From Octopus sinensis (Eukaryota): 64,000 nt of DNA. The stretch spans positions 99,200,001 to 99,264,000 of the forward strand of contig NC_042997.1 in assembly GCF_006345805.1 (NCBI RefSeq), in the 5' to 3' direction. Positions 1 to 11,574 of the stretch are shown here, in pieces; positions within the stretch are counted from its first letter, which is position 1; every line of letters begins with the position of its first letter. A program made the translations under genes and the position numbers. Under the pieces are notes generated by a model. It made no database searches. It was given only the letters and a program-made list of their open reading frames with translations, and had not been told where the DNA came from.

Positions 1-550
1 TCAAGACTCTTTGTGGTGTAACACATTCACATGACATTCTAAATTATAAATAGCATTGTAGGAGAGTTCAGAAAAATTTAATTTTTTTCTTCAATAACCT
101 GCTTGTTTATTTTTAAAGCATCTCTTTTTAGTGGATTTTTGCATAACCAAAGCATTATATAACACTTTATTATTGAATCCCTGTAACAAGTGAAATTGAT
201 TGAGGTGTTTGATGCCACAATAGATTGTCATTTTGTAGCGTTTTTCAATGATTTATATTAGGACAAAATGAATTTTTGCGTCGTCTTTGAGTGAAGAGCA
301 TCCATTTCAGATTCGTTTGTGAAGTGGGAGTTTTAATTTCTTTAAAACGCTTAATCAAACACGTTATGGCAGGTGAACTGAAACGAAAATTATGAATGTC
401 ATTGTTCTATACTAATTATGTTTAGTGAAGTATGTATATGTGTACGGGTCCATATATGCAGATATATATATATGTGTGTGCGGTGTGTATGTATGTATGT
501 ATGTATATAATAATTATATATATATGTACATAACTATACATACACAAATC

Positions 551-611
<61 letters not shown>

Positions 612-612
<1 letters not shown>

Positions 613-999
613 CTTATATAAAATCCGTTGTTCTGTCTGTGTGTGTGTGTCTTGTAGGATCTCGGGCATCTTCCATCCGATTGCGCTCAAATATGATACT
701 GACGATATCAGGGCGTGTATAAGTCTTTAAAAAATTACAAAAATCGATTCCAGATGATAATCCGAACGATAAAGCCGTGCGAACGTGCATTTGTACGCGC
801 AAGTAGATCAGCTCTCGCGATCGAGAAAAATGCACGTGCAGTTTGCGCAAAAAAAACCGGCCTGTTTGGTGTCTTAAATTTAGATTAAATCAGTGTTTCT
901 CAAAGGAGAGGCCTATGGGACGGTCGGACAAGTTTTGAGAAAATTTGGTTTAAATATTTTACAACTCAGCACCGTCTATTGGACGGGGGTGTTTTGCTC

Positions 1000-1001
<2 letters not shown>
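612..1001 (+). mobile_element. Non-autonomous Helitron-like element
   Basis: Begins TC(TTATATAAAA) followed by a TGTC-type microsatellite. Ends with a GC-rich hairpin (CCGTC-TATTG-GACGG) and CTCGT, a variant of CTRR-T. Sits in (TA)n. Same layout as 44385-44779. Confidence 0.5.
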
Positions 1002-1047
<46 letters not shown>

Positions 1048-1093
1048 ATATATTTTCGCCTGACAATGCTAAGGATTGTGCTAGTTCACTGCC

Positions 1094-1143
<50 letters not shown>

Positions 1144-1175
1144 TAATTATTTTATTATTATTATTATTATTATTA

Positions 1176-1234
<59 letters not shown>
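1094..1234. repeat. (TAA)n directly followed by (TTA)n, self-complementary microsatellite
   Basis: Read directly from the sequence. Confidence 0.9.
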
Positions 1235-1237
<3 letters not shown>

Positions 1238-1489
1238 TAGTTTTATTTTTATAGCGTGCTTTCACTTCACTACCGAGCACAGCTCTGTGTGCCTTACCTG
1301 TGCATATACCTGTGAGTATGTATTCAGTACTTTAGGAGTTATTTCCCATAACTTTACACCTTATATTTTGACTTTGTTCTGTCCGTTTATTTCTTCAATG
1401 TAAATGTATGTGGTTGTCCCGAATAATTTATAATCGTTTATACTTATTCTTTGAACCCTTTATGATTTTAACCCCCACGGAGCTGCAAC

Positions 1490-2540
1490 AAGACAAGCAG
1501 CTGAGTTGTTTTTGTACAATCACTACTCAGTAACTACTGCGGTGTTAGGTCAGTAACTCTTGAATTCTATCATTACAATAATCATTGATTACTACAATCT
1601 TACAGCTATTTCATATTAGAATCACCATTGAAATCTCATTTACAAGCACCTTATTGCGGCCTCATTACAACTAACACTGATTTGTGTCATTCTGACTACA
1701 AATGAGTTGGTGTCATTACTACTGCTATGCTGTATCATTTGCAACATTTGCTAGTGCTGAGATGCTTTCATTACCACCACATCTGATTGTGCCATAATTA
1801 GCGACTTCTGAAGTATTCAAAGCAACCATCATTAAGCTGTGTCATTTGAACCTCAACTGAGCTGTTTATTTGTAATCACTACCAAACTGATTTATTGCAA
1901 CGTTCATTGGGGTTGTCATTGTAATCACAGCATAGTCATATCATTACGAACCCTATAGATGTATATCACTATAAAGCCACACTGAATTTATAAAGGCTGT
2001 CATTAAAAGTATCACTGGTCCTTTTTTTAAAAAATCATCACAGGGTTATGGTTGCTACTGATGACTTACTCACTTACATTGCACCCTATGGGGCACAAGT
2101 TATCGATCGACGACTTTTCTCCTCTTCCTTGCACCCTCCTTTCGGATTTTGCTACACGGCGTCATATAGTTCTCTGAGGGAGTATATTACTTTCCAAGGT
2201 TTTGAATTGTCGTCGATGCTTCTGTAAATTTAATTTTTTTCTAGTAAAGAGTGTTGGCCCTACGCATACCCAGTCTTACCTCTAGAAGAAGATAGTCCAT
2301 ATTACATCATATTAATGACTTCACTGTTACATAACAAGCAACACAGGGATTTGTCATTGTAGCTATCACATAGAAATATAAGTGCATCTAACACTGAACT
2401 GGATAATGATATTAGAACTATTAAGCTTTGTCATTACAATAATTGCTTAGCTGTGTCATTGTTACTTCAACCATAACTTTAGCTACGTTATTACTACCAG
2501 CAGCACTGGACTGCGTCACAATTAACATTGAACAGCCTTT
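1490..2540. repeat. Highly degenerate ~25-bp minisatellite (consensus ~CTGAGCTGTGTCATTACAACCATCA), interrupted at ~2060-2310
   Basis: Recurring units such as ttaagctgtgtcatttgaacctcaa, ctgagctgtttatttgtaatcacta, actgatttgtgtcattctgactacaa and cttagctgtgtcattgttacttcaa at ~24-26 bp spacing. Confidence 0.65.
2064..2140 (-). mobile_element. RTE-type LINE 3' end fragment
   Basis: Minus strand reads ...gataacttgtgccccatagggtgcaatgtaagtgagtaagt: an LCPxG-like C-terminus plus a TAAG-type tail typical of RTE elements. Confidence 0.45.
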
Positions 2541-2915
2541 CCCCCAACTGATGCCTTCGGTACGGTGTTTCGACTTTCTAGGATTGGCAACTAATTTTCC
2601 CTCAAATCACATATTAAAGTAGGAAACGACACATTGAACAAAACAAAGAGTTATGGGTAGTGTGGTGCGGTGGGGCAATTTGTAGTTTTCTAGAAGTGTA
2701 GACTACGAGAGCATGAATGGACACCGATGTGAAATAGAAAACATTGTCATTGGTTAGAGAAATCAACAGATTGTATATGTATGTATGTATATATATAAGA
2801 GCACTTATAAATTCGTGCATACATATGGGTAGTCATCCATCTGTACATATATGAATACAAACAATCCTGATTGACGTACTACAATACGACAATAGTAATA
2901 ATAATAATAATAATA

Positions 2916-2985
<70 letters not shown>

Positions 2986-3394
2986 CGACCAACGTGATAA
3001 ATATACAGCTTGTCTTAGCCGTGGTATATATATATATCCCATGGGGTCTGTTCAGATTGAGATTCTTTCAGCATAAATGGATTATGGAGAATTAATTGCA
3101 TCAACATAAATATATTGGCTTATAAATTGTCTCCCAGGAAAATAAATACATACATAATATATGTGTATTCATGTGTGTAGATAAGATGTAAGTGTGTAAG
3201 AATGCATACATACATACATATGTGTGTGTGTGTGTGTATGTATGCGCACATATGCACACACAGATACACACAAATATATGTATGTATATTTGTGTATGCA
3301 TATATATAGGGGTTTGTGTTCAGGAGTGTGTGAATTTTCTATATCATCATATGTATCTATTTATATATATATATAATATCATATTTTAAGAATA

Positions 3395-3560
3395 GCTATG
3401 TGGTTACGAAATTCGCATCCCAAGCATAAGCTTTCAGGTTCAGTTACACTGTGGGTTGTGTGTATTAGTTTCTTCTGTTATATCGCCAGGCAGAGAAATA
3501 TCTTGTGAGTAAATCTGATAGACAAAAAACGTGTGAAAGCTGTCATAGCCTTTGTCACTC
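3395..3560 (+). mobile_element. Degenerate tRNA-derived SINE head, family B
   Basis: gctatgtggttacgaaattcgcatcccaagcat...ggttcagttacactg, homologous to 48385-48750 and 10690-11112. Confidence 0.55.
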
Positions 3561-3679
3561 ATTACGTAACAACCGGTGTTGTTTTGATTCAAATACAAAA
3601 GAAAACAAGAAACAAACGTCCTTCGCTAATCATAGGCTCATCAGACCGGTTTCCCAGATTCTGTGGCGTATATATTCGC

Positions 3680-3805
3680 CATCCCCTCACTAGACTGAAG
3701 CAACGTGAAATGCAATATTTTGCTCAAGAACGCAACGCGTCGCTCGGACGAGGAATCGAAACCACAACCTTACGATTATGAGAGCAACAACCTAACCACT
3801 ACATC
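3680..3805 (-). mobile_element. tRNA-derived SINE head, family D (CORE-like)
   Basis: Minus strand gtagtggttag...ggtttcgattcc (A/B boxes), then ttcttgagcaaaatattgcatttcacg. Homologous to 50750-51066. Confidence 0.6.
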
Positions 3806-3814
3806 ACCTACCTT

Positions 3815-4048
3815 GTTAAGGCCGGTTACTGATGAGAATTCGCCTAGCAAATTATCTTATTTGCTAAAGGAATTTGAAACCTAGGTATAACAGCAAAAAT
3901 TAACAAGGTAAAAGTTTTCATTTTTCATTTCCTTCGAAAATTGCTATTAAATGTGGTCGTGGTCGTTTTGGCTGCTTCTTCTAGCGTGTAAAAATTACTT
4001 GTTAAAGGGTAGTTTTCTCTTATGTTTCAATGTACACTATTTTATATT
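3815..4048 (+). mobile_element. Penelope-like pseudo-LTR fragment ending in (TA)n
   Basis: Carries a hammerhead, is homologous to 60730-60975 over ~230 bp, and ends at a TA microsatellite. Confidence 0.6.
3821..3894 (+). ncRNA. Type I hammerhead ribozyme motif in a Penelope-type terminal repeat
   Basis: Stem I gtta/taac; CTGATGA 3829-3835; extended stem II gaattc..tagcaaa/tttgcta..gaattt; GAAA 3876-3879; palindromic stem III ACCTAGGT; cleavage triplet GTA 3885-3887. Confidence 0.75.
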
Positions 4049-4078
<30 letters not shown>

Positions 4079-4079
<1 letters not shown>

Positions 4080-4269
4080 CCCTGGAGAGAGACATCATGC
4101 TGGGAATGGTCAGTGGCAAGAGAGGAAGAGGCTGACCAAGAACCCGCTGGCTTGACACCATCAAGAGTGATACCGGAATAGACATAATCAATCTGAAAGA
4201 AGCGGCCCAGGATAGAACTGACAGGAGGACACTGATCCATGGAGTAACCGAGAGTCGATTTCGACTGGG

Positions 4270-4273
<4 letters not shown>
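4079..4273 (+). mobile_element. RTE-BovB-like LINE 3' end (5'-truncated) inserted in (TA)n
   Basis: Translates SLERDIMLGMVSGKRGRG*PRTRWLDTIKSDTGIDIINLKEAAQDRTDRRTLIHGVTESRFRL, matching the BovB-type C-terminus (LEKxxMLG..G.R.RGR.R.RWLD...DR..W...HGV.KSR.RL). One in-frame TGA is consistent with a CGA>TGA change. Confidence 0.85.
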
Positions 4274-4311
<38 letters not shown>

Positions 4312-4967
4312 TATATATATATATGTGTGTGTGTGCGTGTGCGCGGTGAGGGCTTTAAGTACATTTTCCATTACTCAAATGTATGGGCAATAGTATAATG
4401 ATATATTTTATTCACACACACTCTCAGATCGATAAATAGACAAACAAAAATGTACAGAGATTACTACGGTACATATATGGGATGGACATACAAATAAAGA
4501 AAGACCAACATATGAATATGAGAGATAGTTTAACTTCCTAATTGAATCAGACGAAAAGATTGTTTTCTTTCATTCATAGTTGCGTTTCACTTTCAATGGT
4601 TACGCCGAAATATTGCGAAATTATAGGTTAACTTCATACACATTAAACGCTCCTTTAACTTTATGCTTATATATATGACTTCACCCATATATATTCATGC
4701 ACAAATATACATACTCGCCGAACTTACATATATAAGTATAGATAAATGAAAAAAAACTACATTCAGGAATGGATAAATGTACTGATATGTATCTATACAT
4801 GCTAATATATATATATACGAATATCTCAATACATGATACAGATATAGCTACATGTATAGCTAACAGATAAATAGATAAATATATAGATTTATACCTGTGG
4901 GTGGGGATGACGTTCGTGTGTACAAGTAAATAGATTACGATATATATACATATATATATATATATAC

Positions 4968-5029
<62 letters not shown>

Positions 5030-5209
5030 GGGGGAGAGAGAGAGAGAGAGATAGAGACTAATGATAGGTTTATTAATTGATTGGTCGACTTACTGATTTA
5101 TTGATTCTCTGATATATATATATGCATATACATTTATGCACAGATACATACAACCCAATCTATATATTATATGTGTAGTAAATTTTATCCTTTTTTGTAG
5201 GTAGTTAAT

Positions 5210-5700
5210 CAGAAGAGGAGGGTAGCAACAATGACCTTTGCAAGCTCTTCTAGGTTTCTGATATTGAATCATAAACATTCGCTTTTAAAACCTCCTCGGT
5301 TGACTTTCGCAAGAGACATGATCGTGGTGCGGGAATTGCAGGAGTTTGCGGTTCTGTGACTGTTTATAATATCTAGTACGGAAGTTGCGGGTAAGACACA
5401 ATAGATCGAATAAGACGAAAGGAGTGCGGACACCGCATGAACCCGGAGGAGAAGCTAAGAACTTGTGGTTTCAGATGAACGGAGGACTGTGGGGTGGGTA
5501 CAGAAGCACAAGGAAGAAACAACGTGTATTATTGTGCTCTTCACAGTATTGGCTTATCAGTCAGAAATTCTGGATTGCGTATGACCAAAATTATTTGTGC
5601 GTATAGATGCATCACATTCCAGATATGTCAGAGGTGCTCTCGTGTGAGCCCGAGAACACACTTGAATGTTGTAGGGGACCACCAAGTGATTTCAATTTTC
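5210..5700 (-). mobile_element. Very degenerate CR1/L2/Jockey-group LINE C-terminal remnant
   Basis: Loose resemblance on the minus strand to post-RT motifs (HIW, RIQ..A, NSF..RT); many stops and frameshifts. Confidence 0.35.
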
Positions 5701-6137
5701 TTCCATGAGGAAGGTTAATTTTTCACATGCGTATATTTTCATGTAAGCATTCGTGTATATATATATATATGTATATATATATGTGTGTGTGTGTGTGGTG
5801 TGTGTGTGTGTGTGTGTGGTGTGTGTATGTATTATGTATGTATGTATGTGTGTGTGTATATATATTTATATATATTTATAAATATCTGTATATGCGCGAA
5901 ATTTTGGATCACTGAGGCTGATATAATAAGTCTGCTACCAGTATAATTTAACGTGAAACCATTGGTATCATATCGACAGCACAGTATTATTGAAGGAATT
6001 TATTTATTCAACAATGCGATCGTTATTACTCATTTTTTTAGTTCAATAGTATTGCACTACATAGACACATGCAAACACAATACATGCACATACGCATTTA
6101 TATGTGTATGCATATACATGTACATACATATATATAT

Positions 6138-6170
<33 letters not shown>

Positions 6171-6381
6171 CGAAAAGATAGATAGATAGATAGATAAATA
6201 TATAGATAAACACGCATGCATATAGGTAATTATATATATATATATAAGTATATATATGTTTTTTATCCGTGTGTCTATAAATATATATATATATATGTGG
6301 TTATGTATAAATATATATATATATATACATATATACATGTAGATATTATGTATGTATGTATCTATTTTTCTATCTATCTAT

Positions 6382-6465
<84 letters not shown>

Positions 6466-7131
6466 GAATGTATGTATGTATCTATTTATCTATCTATATA
6501 TATATATATATTATATATATATAGATATGAATTATGTATGCATATAAGAATGTAGGAATGTATGTCTGTGAGCACATGTACATGGGTACACATATGCATT
6601 ACGTTGGTATGATTCCAAGTAAAATATGTTTTCGTTCTCTCTTTAATATCGCTGCTGCTTATAACAATAACAATGAGCAGTGACATTAACGAGAGAAGAA
6701 AACATATTTGTTTTGCTTCTGTATGATAGTACAGGTTTATTATTTTATTTTGGTTCCTCCATACGGTACTTTATGGGGGTTAAGTATAATATTTATTATA
6801 GGAATATACTCTTTGTTAAGAATTATAGATTAACGGTTTACGGATTTACATTACGTAACAAACACACATATATATATATATATATGCATATGGAATGGTA
6901 TACATACAAGTAAAATTAGATTTCAACTTATGTAGTTGAAGCTGTAAGTATTTAGCAATGCACTCGTAGTTGAATGCTCGTGTATCACCCTATAGCCTCA
7001 TCGGAGCTTCAAACATGAAGTGCACTTTATATTAGACGTTCTGGGGAAGCTATAGCACTTAACTATGATTGCAGATGCAGATATAAGCTAATAAAGCTCA
7101 TAACATAATTGTTTATTTTCATAGTCATTCC

Positions 7132-7173
<42 letters not shown>

Positions 7174-7539
7174 ACACACACATAATATATATATCTATAA
7201 TATATATTATATATATATATATATATATATTATATGAACTTTCGCTCACAAACATACACTATACATATACATATTATTTCGTCACAGAAGCACACAGATA
7301 CATACACCACCTGGACAAGCACACATCAACTGCTACACACACGTTGGTTTCACAAATATACACACGTCCGTACGCACGCGCAAACAAACACTCGCTCACA
7401 CATACGTACTCATATACTCGCCCCTATTCACACATGTACACTCACACACACCACTCTCACATGCACTTGTGCACTTTAGTTCGTTGGGATCACCTTTATC
7501 GTTATTATTATTATTATCTCCCTTTAATTCAGTCTCTTT

Positions 7540-7775
7540 TTTCCAGCCAACTTGTCATGTTGGACATGTACACTGCACACATTTTCTCTCACGGTTTATT
7601 TTCCCTTATCTCTCTGTTCTCGTTTCATTCTCTATCAGCTTTCTTCCTATTAATCCTTTCTGTCGAAGAGCGTGGACTCGAAACGTGAAAGACTTTTTCC
7701 ATTCTTCCCGAGCGTTAAACTAATACACCACCTTGTTGTTCCTACACCTGCCTTCGTCTTTTGTTTTCTGTATAT
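7540..7775 (+). mobile_element. Penelope-like terminal-repeat remnant with a decayed minimal hammerhead (7660-7687)
   Basis: CTGTCGA-AGAGCGTGGACTC-GAAACGTG; same architecture as 47619-47645 and 61795-61821; ends in (TA)n. Confidence 0.5.
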
Positions 7776-7801
7776 CTGATATATATATATATATATATAC
7801 A

Positions 7802-7990
7802 TGGAGGCGCAATGACCCAGTGGTTAGGGCAGCGGACTCGCGGTCATAGGACCGCGGTTTCGATTCCCAGACCGGGCGTTGTGTGTGTTTATTGAACGAA
7901 AACACCTTAAAGCTCCACGAGGCTCTTTCACCACTCTTTCTCTCACTCTTTCTTCTGTTGGCCTGGTCGGTCACGGGATCACGTGACGTG
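7802..7990 (+). mobile_element. tRNA-derived SINE, family C (partial)
   Basis: ggaggcgcaatgacccagtggttagggcagcggactcg...ggtttcgattcc (A/B boxes); homologous to 58162-58461. Confidence 0.8.
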
Positions 7991-8009
7991 ATATATATAT
8001 ACATACATA

Positions 8010-8630
8010 TATTATGAGATTCTGAGGTAATGCTTGAACACGTGGAAAAGCATTTGATCAGCTACAAGCGTAAAAATAATTTTAACATATAAAACAAACA
8101 CAAATCTTGTAACTACAGTTACCTAGAGATTCCTGGTCGAAATAATAATCTATTAAGCTGAAAAGAAGACCACTTGTGAGTTGATTTTTGAGAAGTAAAC
8201 ATTTGAAGAAGAGGCACTTGTAATGAAGAAGATAAGAAGAAAAACACAATGGAAAAAAACCAACATGACAATAATTTGATGTCAAGTATCTGTAAAACAG
8301 ATGTTCATGGTTTAATAAGTGTCCGGTATTCTACTTTTAAATTCCGACAAGATGTATTTCTTGAAATGCGAACATAGAGAAAAAAATCTCGTTGCTCGAA
8401 ATTTTGATAGATACAATTTTTGAAGAGAACACACAGAACATTTTTTAGATCCGTTAATGTAGGATCTGGATTTAGAGAATATTTTCCATTTGACGTCGAA
8501 ACTGGTTGCTTCGTCTTTAAGTTCCCAGATATATTGCTCGTAGTGGTTGACAGACTATATGTAGTCAGGTGCTTGAGAGATACAATTTATTTAGTAATTA
8601 TTACCTCTAAAACAGTGACGAGCTGGTCTT
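8010..8630 (-). mobile_element. Penelope-like element 3' part: GIY-YIG endonuclease C-terminus plus terminal region (copy 1)
   Basis: 8536-8330 on the minus strand translates QYIWELKDEATSFDVKWKIFSKSRSYINGSKKCSVCSLQKLYLSKFRATRFFSLCSHFKKYILSEFKSR. This matches the IW.LK..I.W.I..Y..SKKC.LC..EK..C.H..K..L pattern of PLE endonuclease C-termini. Confidence 0.75.
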
Positions 8631-8926
8631 TGTGCTAAAATTTGAATCGATTAATTATTATTGCTAAAGCCTTTCTTCCCAGTTGAGGGGAAAACTATCA
8701 ACGATGGTGGACTCAATAAGAATTTTTGCTTTGTATATTATATGTGTGAGGGATGTCAGGTGTTTGGTGAAAAATGTCTCTATTGCCGAACCACTAAGTT
8801 ACGGGGACGCAAACACACTAACATCGATTTTCAAGCGATGGTGGGAGAACACATACAAACACAAAGACATGTTCACATAAAAATATACATACACACGCAC
8901 CCACATATGTATGTATAGCATGATAT

Positions 8927-8962
<36 letters not shown>

Positions 8963-8985
8963 AATATATATACATATCCATATAT

Positions 8986-9020
<35 letters not shown>

Positions 9021-9299
9021 TATGTGGCATGCTGTCATCAAGTAGAAAACACCCGATCAGCTATAAGACTAAAGTAATCTTAAAACAATCTTAATACAAA
9101 CACAAAGGACATGTTCACATAAAAATATACATACACACGCCCCACATATGTATGTATATGCATGTATATTATATATATATATATATATATATATCTATAT
9201 ATTATACATATACATATATATATATATATATTACATATACATATATATATATATATATAATATATATATATATTATATATATACATATATATATATAAC

Positions 9300-9352
<53 letters not shown>

Positions 9353-9384
9353 ATATATATAATATATATATATATATATAATAT

Positions 9385-9600
9385 ATACTAAGTAATTAAG
9401 GGTTTAGCAACGATTTGCCTCACCACACACCGAATTTAGAAATCTATTTCTAAATTCGGTGTGGGGTGAGGCAAATCGTTGCAAACCCTTAATTACTTAG
9501 TATTACTTAACCTTTCCTCGAATGGGGCTTTTACATGCCGAAATCTACTTGGTGAAATTAATGATTATTCCAAATTAATTAATTTCACCCTATATAATTA
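9385..9600. mobile_element. Short element in (TA)n with a ~120-bp near-perfect palindrome (9385-9503); probable PLE terminal fragment with inverted 5' piece
   Basis: atactaagtaattaagggttt..gcctcacc..accgaatttagaaat / atttctaaattcggt..ggtgaggc..aaacccttaattacttagtat. Confidence 0.55.
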
Positions 9601-9621
9601 CTGATAACTATATATATTATA

Positions 9622-10260
9622 TATTATGTGGCAATGCTTCATCAAGTAGAAAACACCCGATCAGCTATAAGACTAAAGATAATCTTAAAACTGAAAAAGA
9701 ATTAATCTTGCAATTACAGGTATCTAGAGTTTCCTGGTCGAAATAATTTATTCCACTATTTATTAAAAGGAAAAGACCGTTTGTCAGTTGTTTTTGAGCA
9801 GTAAACGTTTACAAAAGAGACGCTTGTAATGAAGAAGACAAAAAGAAAAACACAATGGACAAAACCGACATTACAATAATTCGATGTCAAGTAAACGTAA
9901 ATCAGATGTGAATGGTTTACTAAGTGTCCGGTAGTCTACTTTTAATTTCCGATAATATGTATTTCTTGAAGTGTGGACATATGAAAAAATCCCGTTATTC
10001 GAATTATGCATTCGTCAGAGGTTCTCAAGTTTTCTAATAGATATACTTCTTGAAGAGAACGCACTGAACATTTTTTAGACCCGTCATTATAGAGTTTGGA
10101 TTTGGGGAGAATTTTCCATTTGATGTTCAAGTTGGTCCCTTCGTCTATAAGTTTCCAGACATATCGCTCATAATGGTAGACAGAATATGTATTAATGTAG
10201 TCAGAAGCTTGAGAGATATGATTTATTTATTAATTATTATCTCTAAAATGGTGACGAACA
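9622..10260 (-). mobile_element. Penelope-like element endonuclease C-terminus (copy 2, diverged duplicate of 8010-8630)
   Basis: ORF 9942-10130 NIKWKILPKSKLYNDGSKKCSV; colinear similarity with copy 1 that continues into flanking DNA (8655-8780 vs 10450-10572). Confidence 0.7.
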
Positions 10261-10269
10261 GGAGGAAAT

Positions 10270-10445
10270 GTGAGCACGCCGGCATTTCGTCCACTTTACG
10301 TTCTGAGTTCAGATTCCGCCAAGGATCGATAAAATAAGTACTAATCAATTACTGGGGTCGATATAATTGATTTCCCCCATCCCCTCGAAATTGCTAGTCC
10401 TATGCACCAAAATTGCTGGTCCCGTGTACCAAAATTTGAATTCAT
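10270..10445 (+). mobile_element. SINE family A, internally deleted
   Basis: gcatttcgtccactttacgttctgagttcagattccgcc..gataaaataagtac..ggggtcgatataattga; absent from the duplicate copy at ~8620. Confidence 0.75.
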
Positions 10446-10689
10446 TAATTATTATTGTTAAAGCATCTCTTACCAGTTGAGGGGAAAACTATCAACGATG
10501 GTGGACTCAATGAGAATATTTGCTTTGTATATTCATATGTGTGAGGGATGTCAGCTGTTTGTTGAAAAATGTCAGTAATGTATTCGCTTGGTTCTTGGGA
10601 TTGAATAATGAATATCTGGGAGTGACCTGTCTCTAACCACTTCTGGGCTCAGTAAAAATTTTTGCATTATGTTCTTTTATCCTATTATT

Positions 10690-11112
10690 TTTTTTACTTG
10701 TTTCAATCATTTGATTGCGGCCATAATGGGGCACCGTCTTAAAGGTTTTTTTTAGTCGAAGAAATTGACACCAGGACTTATTCTTTGTAAGTCTAGTACT
10801 TATTCTATCGGTCTCTCTTGCCGACGCGCTAAATTAAGGGGACGTGAACACACCAACACAGGTTGTCAAGCGATGGTGGGGGAACAACCGTAGATACACA
10901 GACATACTCACATAAACACACACACATACACATATATGTATATATATATATATATATATATACAACGGGCTTCTTTCAGTTTCTGTCAACGAAACCAATT
11001 CATAAGGCTTTGGTCACACCGAGACTATAGTAGAAGACATTTTCCCAATGTGCCACGCAGTAGGGCTGACCCTGGAACCATGTGTTTGGGAAGCAAGTTC
11101 CTTACCGCACAA
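10690..11112 (-). mobile_element. Full bipartite SINE family B (tRNA-like head, TA/TG microsatellite middle, conserved tail)
   Basis: Minus-strand head ttgtgcggtaaggaacttgcttcccaaacacatggttccagggtcag; tail ccccaccatcgcttgacaacc..accgatagaataagtactag..ttgaaacaagtaaaa. Confidence 0.8.
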
Positions 11113-11574
11113 TTGAAGAAACTATACTCTTTTTCAGTGGACAGAGGATTAACAGATCCCAGAGTAGCATTCAAGAGAGCTAAATTTGTGTCAATGTCAT
11201 ACGTTGTCAACAACTCTTGGTTTAGTTATCTTCGATGGTATAGGTTTATTGTCCGTGTAGGAAGCTACGAAATTCTTACATTCATTTATTTGTAATTCAA
11301 ACCGCCTTATGGTTCCAGCAGACAAAATGGAAAAGGCGTTGATGCAGAGGATGGTGGGGGAGAGGTGCTGGAACACCCACTCCTACTCACGAGGATCGCA
11401 CTTGCAGATATCCATCTCCGCCCCGACTGCGGTGAGCAGAGATATGGTCCGGGAGTCGGGAATCAGCTCCTTAAAAATGTCATGAATTCAAGTATTTTTA
11501 GTAAATTGTGTTCTTGGCTCTGGGGGTTGGATAAAAAATATTTGGGAATATTTCGTTGTCTAACCACCTATTTG

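Noticed and set aside
1490-2540. CRISPR-like periodicity (also 27463-27574)
   Set aside because: There is no constant repeat with unique spacers, no cas genes, and the context is eukaryotic.
5912-5972. Hammerhead-like GAAAC-cattg-GTA
   Set aside because: No intact CTGANGA or stem II; too decayed to call.
7802-7875. tRNA gene (also 58385-58461 and 50750-50800)
   Set aside because: A/B boxes run into SINE bodies with TSDs, and no complete cloverleaf is evident.
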